This document shows, piece after piece, positions 18,429 to 32,737 of a stretch of DNA of 64,000 bases. Numbering within the stretch: position 1 is the first letter of the stretch; each line of letters starts with the position of its first letter. The DNA is from Deltaproteobacteria bacterium (GTDB taxonomy: Bacteria; Myxococcota_A; Polyangia; Fen-1088): positions 583 to 64,582 of the forward strand of contig JAFGPX010000115.1 in the NCBI GenBank assembly GCA_016935975.1, given 5' to 3'. Under the pieces are notes generated by a model that worked only from the letters and a program-made list of their open reading frames with translations, searched no databases and was not told the origin of the DNA. Both the position numbers and the translations under genes were made by a program.

Positions 18429-20153
18429 TCATCTCTTGCGCCCACGCTTCGAACGACCGCGGCACAGCGAGCCCAGAAGCAGAGCCAAGAAGAGCCCAGA
18501 GACCGCTTGCGCCACCGCCTGTTCGAGATGCTGTCCGCGGCCCTCGTAGACCACGGAAAGGCAGTAGCTGACCGCTCCCAGAAAGCCCCACAGGAGCTGA
18601 TGCCCCACGGCATAGAGCCTTTCGACCGAGGATTCGAGATGGCGAACCCGAACCTCGATGTCGCCGCGCGAAACCAGGTTCAAGAACCGGCCGAACTCGC
18701 CGGGCAGGGCGAAGGCGGTCAAGGTGGCCTCGCGGGCGGTTTCGAGCACGGTTTCCGACCATTCCTTGCGCTCGCCGAGGATGAAGCGATCGACATAGGG
18801 CTGGATGACCTCGGCGGGATTGAGCTCGGGCGCAAGCTCGGTGCACACCCCGAGCAGGAGCAAGAGCGTGCGTTCGAGCAGGACCCACTCGCTGGGCACG
18901 TGGAAGACGTCGCGCAGGTCGGACAGCGAGACGTTTAGCTGCCGGAGATCGAGCAAGGTCGCTATCTGGCCGCGCAGGTCGAGCCCGGCGCTGATGGTGC
19001 TCGTGGAGAACTGCCGGAAGCGCATGTGCGAGCGGAAGTGCTCATAGAAATGCTGAATCACGCGGTCGAAGACCTCGTGGTCCGCGTGACGCGAGATGAA
19101 GCCCATGGCCTTCATCGACGAGACGATGCGACCCACGTCGCGCGTTACCGCGCCCTGCAGGAATGACACGATGCCCTTGCGCATCCCCGGCGAGATGCGC
19201 GCCGTGGCGCCGAAATCGAGAAACACCAAGGTGGGCGGGCCGGACCGCTGGGGCACGAGCAACAGGTTCCCGGGATGCGGATCCGCGTGATACACACCGT
19301 CGACGAAGATCTGTTTGCAGTAGGCCTCGATGCACAACCTTCCGGCCTGCATGCGGTCGATCCCGGCGGCCTTGATGCCTTCGCTGTCACCCACCTTGAC
19401 CCCTTCCATCCATTGCGTGGTCAGCATGCGACCCGTGGAGTACTCGGCGATCACGCGCGGGATGATCACATCGGTGCGACCGGCGAAGTTCCTGGCGATC
19501 TCCGCCATGGCCTCGGCCTCCTGGCGGTAGTCGAGCTCGGCCAGCACCATCTTTCGGATCTCGGCGTGGATGGCGTTCCAGCCCCAGTCGGGCAGAAGCC
19601 AGCTCACCACCTGCACGATGCGCTGCAGGGCCCGTAGATCCGTCTCGACGATGTTTTCGATGCCGGGGTATTGGATCTTCACCGCCACTTTCTCGCCGGA
19701 GCGCAGGCGAGCGAGGTGGACCTGGCCGATGGACGCCGAGGCGACGGGCTCGGAGCAAAACTCGGCGAAGACGGCTTGCGGCGCCTGGCCACCCAGCTCC
19801 TCGCGCAAACGGACCTCGACCTCGGAGAAAGGCCGTGGCGGCACGCTGTCCTGCAACGTCTCCAGCTCCTTGCGGAAGGCGTCGGGCAGGAGGTTGGCCA
19901 TCACGCTGATGAGCTGGCCCACCTTGATGAACAGCCCCTGCAGGCCGACAATCGCGGCCAGAACGCGTCGTGCGTTCTGGCGGTGCACCTGCTGCGCGAG
20001 CTCGGCGGCCTGCTCGCGCCCGCGCAAGCGGCGCCGCAGCGAGAAGAACGCGTAGGACAGCACCACCTGTGCGGTTACGGCATAGGCGCGCAGCAAGCGG
20101 CGATAGGGTCTACGATGAGCCGCGGCCCGCGCCGCACCTGGGGTTGGAGCCAT
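18429..20153 (-). CDS. ABC1/UbiB-family atypical kinase (ADCK-like)
   Basis: It reads VASASIGQVHLARLRSGEKVAVKIQYPG and HADPHPGNLLL...FLDFG. The start was chosen at MAPTPGAARAAAHRRPYRR. Confidence 0.8.
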   Translation of the reverse strand: MAPTPGAARAAAHRRPYRRLLRAYAVTAQVVLSYAFFSLRRRLRGREQAAELAQQVHRQNARRVLAAIVGLQGLFIKVGQLISVMANLLPDAFRKELETLQDSVPPRPFSEVEVRLREELGGQAPQAVFAEFCSEPVASASIGQVHLARLRSGEKVAVKIQYPGIENIVETDLRALQRIVQVVSWLLPDWGWNAIHAEIRKMVLAELDYRQEAEAMAEIARNFAGRTDVIIPRVIAEYSTGRMLTTQWMEGVKVGDSEGIKAAGIDRMQAGRLCIEAYCKQIFVDGVYHADPHPGNLLLVPQRSGPPTLVFLDFGATARISPGMRKGIVSFLQGAVTRDVGRIVSSMKAMGFISRHADHEVFDRVIQHFYEHFRSHMRFRQFSTSTISAGLDLRGQIATLLDLRQLNVSLSDLRDVFHVPSEWVLLERTLLLLLGVCTELAPELNPAEVIQPYVDRFILGERKEWSETVLETAREATLTAFALPGEFGRFLNLVSRGDIEVRVRHLESSVERLYAVGHQLLWGFLGAVSYCLSVVYEGRGQHLEQAVAQAVSGLFLALLLGSLCRGRSKRGRKR

Positions 20154-20228
20154 GGGGTCTGCAGCATAGCCTGAAACAGCAGCTCCGGGCTCCTGTATGC
20201 CGTGGCCCAGCGGTGATAGGCTCTCTTC

Positions 20229-20558
20229 ATGTCCGAGCACAGAAGACGAGAACCTCCGCAGGCGAACGCTGGACCGGCGCAGGAGCCCGTGGAACGCGGC
20301 CTGTCGGATCGGGTGAGACGCGCCATGGCGGCCGGGCTGGAAGCGGCTTCGCGGTCCAAGGACGACCTGCTGCGCGCGGCCGGCACCGAAATCGGCGTCT
20401 GGCTGGAGCACTTGGACGTGCAAAACGAGCTGGCCAAGGTGCTGACCAAGATGGTGGTCGAGGTCAAGGCCGAGATACGCTTCCGCCCGCGCGAGGACGG
20501 CAGCCTCGGTGCGGAGGTCAAGAGCGACGTCAAGACCCTGCCGGCAGACAAGCCGTAG
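20229..20558 (+). CDS. small hypothetical protein of about 109 aa
   Basis: Third-position GC is strongly biased and there is no antisense alternative. It is divergent from the ABC1 kinase gene. I recognise no family. Confidence 0.5.
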   Translation: MSEHRRREPPQANAGPAQEPVERGLSDRVRRAMAAGLEAASRSKDDLLRAAGTEIGVWLEHLDVQNELAKVLTKMVVEVKAEIRFRPREDGSLGAEVKSDVKTLPADKP

Positions 20559-20741
20559 CTAGATCTTTCACCACAGAGAGCGCAGAGGGAACGGAGAGCC
20601 CTATGCCGGAGGGGAAGGATTTCGACTCCCGGTCCACACCTGGCTCATCTCGCCCGCCGCCCGCGCGTGCGTGGCCCGGTGCTCCTCGAACTCGAATCCT
20701 TCCTTCGCCGTGACCTCGTCCTCCTCCGTGTCCTCTGTGGG

Positions 20742-22160
20742 TCATCCGCTCTTGGGCGTGCCGCTGGGGCGGCCGGCGGTGATACCGATGCCGTATTTCT
20801 CCAGCTTGTAGTAGAGGGCGCTGGTCTTGATGCCGAGCAGGCGCGCGGTTTCGGTTTTCACCCCGCCGCTGCGGTCGTAGGCGCGCTGGATGAGCTGCCG
20901 CTCGAGGTCGTCCAGGATGTCGGGCAAGCTCATGTTGACGTTCGGCAGCGACAACATGGCCTCGCTCGCGCCCTCGCGCAGAAAGGCCGGCAGCGAGGCC
21001 AGATCGACGCTGTCCCCGTTCGCGAACACCAACGACTGCTCGATGGCGTTCTCCAACTCGCGCACGTTGCCTGGCCAGCCGTAGGCCGACAGCCGCGCCA
21101 GCGCCGCCTCGTCGATGCGCTTGACGCGGGGATTGGCCCGCGGCCCCAGCTTGCGGATGAAATGCTCGACGAGCAGCGGGATATCCTCGCGCCGTTCGCG
21201 CAGGGCCGGAACGCGGCAGGGAACCACGTGCAAGCGATAGAAAAGGTCCTCGCGGAAACGCCCCTCCTCGACCGCCAGCTTGAGATCGCGGTGGGTAGCC
21301 GACACGACGCGGACGTCGACCTCGACCGTCTCCTCGCCGCCCACGCGCTCGAACTGCTTCTCCTGCAGAACGCGCAGCAACTTGAGTTGCAGGTTGGGCG
21401 TCATGTCGCCGACTTCGTCCAGGAACAGCGTGCCCTTGTCGGCCAGCTCGAAACGGCCGAGCTTGCGCTTGACCGCGCCGGTGAACGAACCCTTTTCGTG
21501 ACCGAACAGCTCCGATTCCAGCAGCGTGTCGGTCAGCGCCCCGCAGTTGACCTTGACGAACGGCCCGGCCGCGCGCCGCGAGCGCTGGTGGATGGCGCGC
21601 GCCACCAGCTCCTTGCCCGTGCCGGATTCGCCGGAGATGTGCACGACCACGTCCGAGGCGGCCACCTTCGCGACGGACTCGAAAAGCGCCCGCATGAGCG
21701 GCGAGCTTCCAACCATCTCGTTCGGCACGTAGCCGGCGGCGGCATCGGCACGCAGGGCCTCGACCTCGGCCTCGGCGCGCTGACGCGAAAGCGTCTCACG
21801 CCGCATCTCGAGCGCGCGTTCGACTTTTAGGCGCAACACCTCGGGCGCGAAAGGCTTCTGTACGAAATCCATGGCACCTAGGCGCATGGCCTCGACCGCG
21901 GTCTCGACCGTGCCGAAGGCGGTCACGATCAGGGCCGGGCACGCGGCATCGATGCGCTTGGCGGCCTCCACCACCTCCAGCCCGTCGACGCCCTCCATCT
22001 TCAAATCGGTGATGAGAGCATCGGGCGCGTGCTTGCGCATGAGTGCCAAGCCCTCGGCGCCCCCGCCCGCGACCAGGGCTTCGTGTCCCATGCGCCGCAC
22101 CGTGGCCGCCATGCCTTCGCGCATGGTCTCGTTGTCATCGATAATGAGAATGCGCGCCAT
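20742..22160 (-). CDS. sigma-54-dependent transcriptional activator of the NtrC family (REC, AAA+ and Fis-type HTH domains)
   Basis: The receiver reads [16 protein letters not shown]. Walker A is GESGTGKE. The GAFTGA-like sigma-54 contact [15 protein letters not shown] is present. The C-terminal HTH reads [17 protein letters not shown]. Confidence 0.85.
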   Translation of the reverse strand: MARILIIDDNETMREGMAATVRRMGHEALVAGGGAEGLALMRKHAPDALITDLKMEGVDGLEVVEAAKRIDAACPALIVTAFGTVETAVEAMRLGAMDFVQKPFAPEVLRLKVERALEMRRETLSRQRAEAEVEALRADAAAGYVPNEMVGSSPLMRALFESVAKVAASDVVVHISGESGTGKELVARAIHQRSRRAAGPFVKVNCGALTDTLLESELFGHEKGSFTGAVKRKLGRFELADKGTLFLDEVGDMTPNLQLKLLRVLQEKQFERVGGEETVEVDVRVVSATHRDLKLAVEEGRFREDLFYRLHVVPCRVPALRERREDIPLLVEHFIRKLGPRANPRVKRIDEAALARLSAYGWPGNVRELENAIEQSLVFANGDSVDLASLPAFLREGASEAMLSLPNVNMSLPDILDDLERQLIQRAYDRSGGVKTETARLLGIKTSALYYKLEKYGIGITAGRPSGTPKSG

Positions 22161-22176
22161 TGTCCTGACCATAGCA

Positions 22177-22836
22177 CTATTGCCCGTACGCTCGAACGAA
22201 CGGGTTGTGCTTGCGCTCGTGAGCGATGGTCGTCTCGGGACCGTGACCGGGAATGACGCGCGTCTCGCCGGGCAACACGTAGAGCCGCTCCCGGATCGAG
22301 ATCTGCAAGTCCTCGAACGAACCACCGGGAAAATCCGTGCGACCGACCCCTTCGGCGAAAAGCGTGTCCCCCGCCAGCAGCAGGGGCGAGGGCGCGGCGA
22401 AGTAGTAGCCGACGGAGCCAGGCGTGTGACCGGGCGTGTGAACGACCAGGGCCGATAGCCTGCCGATGGCCAGTGTCTCGCCGCCGGCAAGCAGACGCGA
22501 CGCCGCCGGCGGGCGGGTGGCGTAGAAACCGAAGGTGCGCGCCTGCCTTGGTAGGTTTTCGTAAAGGTCGCGATCGCCGGCATGCAGGAGGATCTCCGCC
22601 GCCGTCGCCGCGGCCACCTCGCCCGTGCCGAGAATATGATCGAAATGGGCGTGCGTGTGCAGCAGGAGCCTCACGTTCACGCCCATGGACGCCACCTCCG
22701 CCAGGATTGCGTCGGCGTCGCCGCCCGGATCGACGATGGCCGCCTCGCCAGTCTCCGCGCAAGCCACGACGGAGCACGTGCACGCCGCCGGCCCCACCGT
22801 CAGCGTCTGGAGCGTCATCTTCACGTCTGTGACCAT
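22177..22836 (-). CDS. MBL-fold metallo-hydrolase, glyoxalase II-like
   Basis: It carries HTHAHFDH and downstream His/Asp ligands (HTPGHTPGS...GDTLF). It lies 4 to 16 nt upstream of the NtrC-like gene and is co-directional with it. Confidence 0.75.
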   Translation of the reverse strand: MVTDVKMTLQTLTVGPAACTCSVVACAETGEAAIVDPGGDADAILAEVASMGVNVRLLLHTHAHFDHILGTGEVAAATAAEILLHAGDRDLYENLPRQARTFGFYATRPPAASRLLAGGETLAIGRLSALVVHTPGHTPGSVGYYFAAPSPLLLAGDTLFAEGVGRTDFPGGSFEDLQISIRERLYVLPGETRVIPGHGPETTIAHERKHNPFVRAYGQ

Positions 22837-22945
22837 CGCGCCGACCTGCTGCCTTGCCACTACAGACAGAGCACAAAGGGAAGCGAAGCTCATAGAGCCT
22901 CTCGCCCTGCGCCCCCTGTCCCCTCTGTGCCCTCGGTCGGTCTCC

Positions 22946-25825
<2,880 letters not shown>

Positions 25826-25961
25826 CAGTACTCCTCCTCCAACGATCCGATAGGCCATTGCCCTGCTCGAAGGCGGCCCGGCCATGGCCAAGACCGGGCG
25901 CTTTCCAATGGGGCGACTGGCGAGAAAAAGTCGCCCCAAATCGAAGCCCTGTCAACAAAAA

Positions 25962-26010
25962 ACACAATATATTGTGGTATGCTACACGCAACCACACTAC
26001 ATATTGTGTG
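25962..26010. promoter_or_regulatory. two tandem NrdR-box-like palindromes upstream of nrdJ
   Basis: ACACAATATATTGTGG lies at 25962-25977 and CACACTACATATTGTGTG at 25993-26010, spaced 31 to 32 bp apart. Both fit the acaCwAtATaTwGtgt consensus. They sit in an AT-rich patch 140-190 bp upstream of the nrdJ start. Confidence 0.6.
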
Positions 26011-26119
26011 TTGCTAATCTGTGGATGGCTTTGCGAATCGCCTGCCAGGACGGCCAGTTCGGAACCTCGGCGGCCTGTTGATAAGCGTCACTGCATGACG
26101 ATACGTTGCAATACTGTCG

Positions 26120-26980
26120 GTGCGTTGCCCACCGTCCCGCGGCCAGAAAGTATCGGTCACGCCTGGTGTCGCTTATGATCGAGGGGTGCTCTGGCTCGAA
26201 GGAATAGGCTGCCGTCGCCATGGCGTCACCGTCCTCGACGGCGTGACCCTGGGAGTCGGCAGCGGTGAGATCGTCGTCATCGAAGGCTCTCCCGCCTCGG
26301 GAAAGTCGACGCTGCTCGAGGTGGCTGCTACCGCGCGCGTCCCCGAACGAGGCGCGGTGTGGTTCGCCGGCCGGAACACCGCCAGCCTGCAGCGGGCCTC
26401 GCTGCCCTTCGTCCGCCGCAACATCGGCTACTACACGGCCGAAGCGCTGCTCATCGACGACGACAGCGCACTGGCCAACGTCATGGCCGCCCTGGCCGTG
26501 CGGGGCGAGTCCCTGCAAGCCGCCGAATCAGGTGCCCTTGATGCCCTCGCCCTGGTCCGCGCGCAAGAGCTGGCGAGCCGCCAAGTCGCCTCGCTGTCTT
26601 CGGGCCAGAAGCGCTTGGTGGCCCTGGCGCGGGCCCTGGCCGGGCCGCCGCCCTTGGTGGTCGCCGACGAGCCGGCCGCCTTCGTGGACGACGAAGCCCG
26701 CGCCGTCGTGGTTTCCGCGCTCGCCCGGGTTCGCGATCTGGGCGCCGCCGTCCTGGCCGCCACGGCGGATACCGCGCTGGCCGATGTGCTGGTGGCCGCG
26801 GGCGGCCGCCGCATCCATCTCGAGCAGGGACGCGTGGCCGGCGCTCCTGCGGTGGAACTGGTACCGGCGCTGCATCCACCCCAAGACGAGCGAGAGACGG
26901 GGCCATCGCGCCTCCTTGCAGGCGAACGCGATGATGGCGACCGGAGTGTCCCGGCACCTGCCGCCAAGGGCCCCCGATGA
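26120..26980 (+). CDS. ftsE: FtsE-like ABC ATPase (cell-division/peptidoglycan hydrolase activation transporter)
   Basis: Walker A is GSPASGKSTLLE, the signature is LSSGQKRLVALARAL and Walker B is LVVADEP. Its stop overlaps the ftsX ATG (ATGA). The true start is probably the GTG at 26186. Confidence 0.75.
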   Translation: MRCPPSRGQKVSVTPGVAYDRGVLWLEGIGCRRHGVTVLDGVTLGVGSGEIVVIEGSPASGKSTLLEVAATARVPERGAVWFAGRNTASLQRASLPFVRRNIGYYTAEALLIDDDSALANVMAALAVRGESLQAAESGALDALALVRAQELASRQVASLSSGQKRLVALARALAGPPPLVVADEPAAFVDDEARAVVVSALARVRDLGAAVLAATADTALADVLVAAGGRRIHLEQGRVAGAPAVELVPALHPPQDERETGPSRLLAGERDDGDRSVPAPAAKGPR

Positions 26981-27882
26981 ACGCAGCCTGGATCGCCCGC
27001 AACGTGCGCCGGCAGGTGTCGGCCCACCCACGCATGGTCGCAGCCACCGGCGCAGCTTTCTGCTTTTTGGCCCTGGTCGCGGGCGGAGCCAGGCTCGGTA
27101 CCCGCGCGGTGGAACGCTGGGGCGCGTTCGCAGGCCAGAACATCCATGTGATCGTGTACCTGGCCGAAGACGTCGACGCACAAGGAGCGCTCGGCCTGCG
27201 CGACATCCTTCGCCGTTCACCCGCGGTAGCGCGGGTTGCTCTCGTCGAGCCAGCCCAGGCTCTCGCCCGCCTGCGCGCTTCGGCCCAAGGCTTCTCCTCG
27301 GACGGCAACGCGCTCGACGGGCTCGAGCCGGCCTACTTCCCCCGCTCGCTCGAAGTCAGTCTGGCACCAGCCGCGGACCTCACCAGTCGGGCGCGCGAGC
27401 TGGCCACGCGTCTGCGTGAAGTGCCGGGCGTCGCCGAGGTGGACGCCATGACGTCCGGCCTGGCCCGCCTCGCGGTCTGGGTCAGGCTGGGCCGCACCGT
27501 GGGCCTGGCCATCCTCATCGCTCTCGGCTTCGTTGCCTTGCTCGCACTGGTGGCTGTGTTTCTGCGCGGCCATGACGCCATGGCAAGGCGAGCCGCCGTG
27601 CTCGACCAACTCGGCGAAACCCCGGCCGTCATCCGTCTGCCCGCTGGGCTGTGGTCAGCCACGGCCGCCCTGGTTGGCGGCGGCCTGGGCGCTCTGATTC
27701 TGGCTTCGGCCTGGCGACCGTTGCTTGACCGGTTGGAGCAGAGCCTCGGCATCGCCAGCACGCTCCCCTTGGCCCCGCTGGCTCCGGCCGAGATCGCCGC
27801 CGGCCTGGCGATCATCGCGCTCGCCGGCTTGGCCATGGGTTACTTCGCCACCCCCCTACCGCGAGCCGCCGACCATGCGTAG
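26977..27882 (+). CDS. ftsX: FtsX-like permease
   Basis: Four transmembrane segments with a large periplasmic loop are predicted. The gene is coupled to the ftsE-like gene. Confidence 0.7.
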   Translation: MNAAWIARNVRRQVSAHPRMVAATGAAFCFLALVAGGARLGTRAVERWGAFAGQNIHVIVYLAEDVDAQGALGLRDILRRSPAVARVALVEPAQALARLRASAQGFSSDGNALDGLEPAYFPRSLEVSLAPAADLTSRARELATRLREVPGVAEVDAMTSGLARLAVWVRLGRTVGLAILIALGFVALLALVAVFLRGHDAMARRAAVLDQLGETPAVIRLPAGLWSATAALVGGGLGALILASAWRPLLDRLEQSLGIASTLPLAPLAPAEIAAGLAIIALAGLAMGYFATPLPRAADHA

Positions 27883-28681
27883 AGGTCTGCTTCTTGTGCT
27901 TGGGCTGCTGCCGGCAACGGCAGCGGCCGAGACGAGCGCCGACGAGGCGGCCCTCTTCGACCAGCTGAACGTGCGCGAGCAGGTACTCGACTCGCAGCGA
28001 GCAGCAGCCGAAGACAGCGCCCTGCAGCGCAGCCTTCTCGCCTATCGCCTGTGCCGGCAGCGGGAGCTGGGCTTCGCCCCCAGCCCGGAAACCCGCCTCG
28101 ACGATGCCCGGGCTTTCGACATGGCCTTGGTGGCCTTGCGTCGCAGCGCCGACGAGGCGCGCACCCTCGGCCGCGAGCTGGACCGCGTGCGCACCGAGCG
28201 CAGCACGATTGAGGCGGCGTTCGTAGCCCGGGCCACGGGCAAAGCGTCCGTCGACGGGGACGAGCCTACGAACAAGGCGACCCGCTTCGTTCGCCCCGCT
28301 CGTGGCGTGATCGTGGCCGTTCCCGGCTCGCGCCGCGATGGCTCGAGCAGGATCGAGCTGCGGCACGACGGCGTCGAGATGCTGGCCCGCCTCAACGAGC
28401 CCGTGCGCAGCATCGCCTCCGGCACCGTCCGGCGGGTCGAGGCCTTGCCGCAAGGCGGCTTCGCGGTGGTCACGGTCCACGAAGGCGGTCTGACCAGCAT
28501 CGTGACCGGTCTGCGCGACATCGTCGTCGCGCCCGGCGATCGGGTCAGCGCCGGGCTCACGCTGGGTCTGGCGGGCAGAAACCTCGACGGCGCGGCCGTG
28601 GTTTCCGTGGAAATCTGGCGCGACCGGCGCGCGCAGGACGCAGCCCGGCTGCTGCGCGTGCGCCGCGAACCGCCGGGGTAG
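27875..28681 (+). CDS. M23-family peptidase / EnvC-like murein hydrolase activator
   Basis: The signal peptide is MRRGLLLVLGLLPATAAA. A coiled-coil region precedes the C-terminal M23/LytM-like domain (GVEMLARLNEPVRSIASGTVRRVE...GLTLGLAG). The ATG overlaps the ftsX stop by 8 nt. Confidence 0.75.
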   Translation: MRRGLLLVLGLLPATAAAETSADEAALFDQLNVREQVLDSQRAAAEDSALQRSLLAYRLCRQRELGFAPSPETRLDDARAFDMALVALRRSADEARTLGRELDRVRTERSTIEAAFVARATGKASVDGDEPTNKATRFVRPARGVIVAVPGSRRDGSSRIELRHDGVEMLARLNEPVRSIASGTVRRVEALPQGGFAVVTVHEGGLTSIVTGLRDIVVAPGDRVSAGLTLGLAGRNLDGAAVVSVEIWRDRRAQDAARLLRVRREPPG

Positions 28682-28715
28682 CCTCCACACCGGTCGCTTG
28701 GGAGATTCCCGCAAG

Positions 28716-28800
28716 AAGAAACAGAGGAGCAGGAGCGGAAATCCCATAGGACTTCCACCGTTGCTGTCCGCCTCTGCTGCTGTGTTCCTCCCTGTTTCCC
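28716..28800. terminator. imperfect long stem-loop between convergent genes, a possible bidirectional terminator
   Basis: AGAAGAAACAGAGGAGCAGGAGCGG pairs with CCGCCTCTGCTGCTGTGTTCCTCCCTGTTTC around a loop of about 35 nt. It lies between the M23 peptidase stop and the methyltransferase stop. Confidence 0.3.
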
Positions 28801-28825
28801 CTCTACGGACGGGCATTGCGGCTAG

Positions 28826-29689
28826 CTACGCCTTCGTGCCCGAAAACACGCCGGCGTACACGCTGACGCTGAACGCGGCGCCGCCGAAGTAGGTGTCGAT
28901 CGCCTCCTTGACCGCAAGAAAGGTGTCCTGGACCTCCGGCCCCTTGCCGGCGATGGCCTTCCAGCGCGCGAGTGGACCTTGCTCGATGACCGGCGCGTAG
29001 AAGAACTCGCGGCCGGTGCGAAACACCAGATCCCAGTGCACGGTTTCGACCGCGACTTCGGCGATACCGGCGGCCTCCAGTTGCGTGGCCAGCGCCTCGG
29101 GCTCGTAGAAGACACCTCGGTAGGCGGCCAGCGCCTCGGCCGTCTCATGCTTGCGCAAGCGAATGAGCACGTCGGAGTAGACGTCGAGGAACTCGCGCCA
29201 CGTGCCGGCCAGCGGTGTGGCCAGGCGCAGCTCGCCTCCCGGCTTGGTCACGCGCACCAGCTCGGCGACCTGTGCGGCGGGCGCGTTCAAGTCGGGCAGC
29301 ATGACGTTGGCCAGAACCAGATCGAAGCCATTCTCGGCAAAGGGCAGCTTGCCTTCCATCGCGTGCGCCCGGTAGAAGACGTGTTTGCCCACCGGTTCGG
29401 TATCCACGCCGGCGCGGGCGCGTTCGACAAGCGCCGGGGTGGCCTCGACGACGATAAGACGACCTTCCGCGTCCATCTTGGATAGCAGCTCGGCGGTCGT
29501 GGAGCCCAGACCGCAACCGATTTGCAGGACGTGGGCGCGCGGCCCGAGCCTAAGGCCCGCCGCCAGCAAGTCCGCCAGTTTCTCGCCGACCAGGGGATAG
29601 ACGTCGTCCTCGTAGATACGCGCCAGCTTGTCCTGTTTGCTGAGCAGGCGCGTAGGCCGACGTCGGGATGAAGAGCCTGTCGGGGCCAT
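28826..29689 (-). CDS. class I SAM-dependent methyltransferase
   Basis: Motif I reads VLQIGCGLGSTT, with Rossmann-fold downstream motifs (LVLANVML). Confidence 0.75.
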   Translation of the reverse strand: MAPTGSSSRRRPTRLLSKQDKLARIYEDDVYPLVGEKLADLLAAGLRLGPRAHVLQIGCGLGSTTAELLSKMDAEGRLIVVEATPALVERARAGVDTEPVGKHVFYRAHAMEGKLPFAENGFDLVLANVMLPDLNAPAAQVAELVRVTKPGGELRLATPLAGTWREFLDVYSDVLIRLRKHETAEALAAYRGVFYEPEALATQLEAAGIAEVAVETVHWDLVFRTGREFFYAPVIEQGPLARWKAIAGKGPEVQDTFLAVKEAIDTYFGGAAFSVSVYAGVFSGTKA

Positions 29690-29704
29690 GAGGCAGGCAA
29701 TCTA

Positions 29705-30193
29705 TCATCGATTGCCGCCTGCTTCTTCGAGAAGGATGATTTCGCCCCGGATCCCCTCTCGCCCGAGGTGTAGCTTGCCGATGGAAACAGGGCAGCCGTA
29801 GCGCCGCGGCCCTGCGCTCCCGGGATTGAAATAGAGGATTCCGTCGCGCACCTCGTTGTGCGGCCGGTGGGTATGCCCGTACACCACCGCCGCGATGCCG
29901 TCCGCTTTGGGATCGACGGAGAGCTGGTAGACATCGTGCAGCACGTGGATGGCGTAGCCGTCAACCGCAATGGTCACCTGCTCGGGCAACCCGCGCGCCC
30001 AAACACCGCGATCCATGTTGCCCCGCACCACTGTCGTCGGAGCCTGAGAAACGAGCCACTGCAGAAGCGGCCGGTCATCGATGTCCCCGGCGTGGATGAT
30101 GCGGTCCACGGACGCCAAGGCCCGCCGAGCCTCCGGCCGTAGCAGGCCGTGCGTGTCGGCGATCACGCCAAGGGTCGTCACGCGCCCAACCAT
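29705..30193 (-). CDS. YfcE/MJ0936-family metallophosphoesterase
   Basis: It carries GVIADTHG, HAGDI, GNMD and VYGHTHRP. Confidence 0.75.
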   Translation of the reverse strand: MVGRVTTLGVIADTHGLLRPEARRALASVDRIIHAGDIDDRPLLQWLVSQAPTTVVRGNMDRGVWARGLPEQVTIAVDGYAIHVLHDVYQLSVDPKADGIAAVVYGHTHRPHNEVRDGILYFNPGSAGPRRYGCPVSIGKLHLGREGIRGEIILLEEAGGNR

Positions 30194-30362
30194 AGCATCT
30201 TCCGTTGCCGCCTCGGCACCGCGCGCAAGGCCAGGCTCCGGGCTGGCAGGGTGCGGCCATCCGGTTGCAAAGCGCGGATCCCATGGAAATCTTGGTATAG
30301 TACGTGGCCAGGTTCGGTCTCCCTAGCGAGCGCCCGCTTTCCTCCTGCGGAGGTATGTCGTC

Positions 30363-32705
<2,343 letters not shown>

Positions 32706-32737
32706 GTCTGGGCCATACGGCGCAATCCGTTGTGCCC

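Noticed and set aside
20559-20741. Short inverted repeat CCACAGAGAG / CTCTGTGG, 160 bp apart between convergent genes
   Set aside because: Only 8 nt match, which is expected by chance at this distance.
22001-22876. 291-aa minus-strand ORF overlapping the MBL hydrolase gene
   Set aside because: It is an out-of-frame Arg/Gly-rich artefact. The MBL frame carries the HxHxDH motif.
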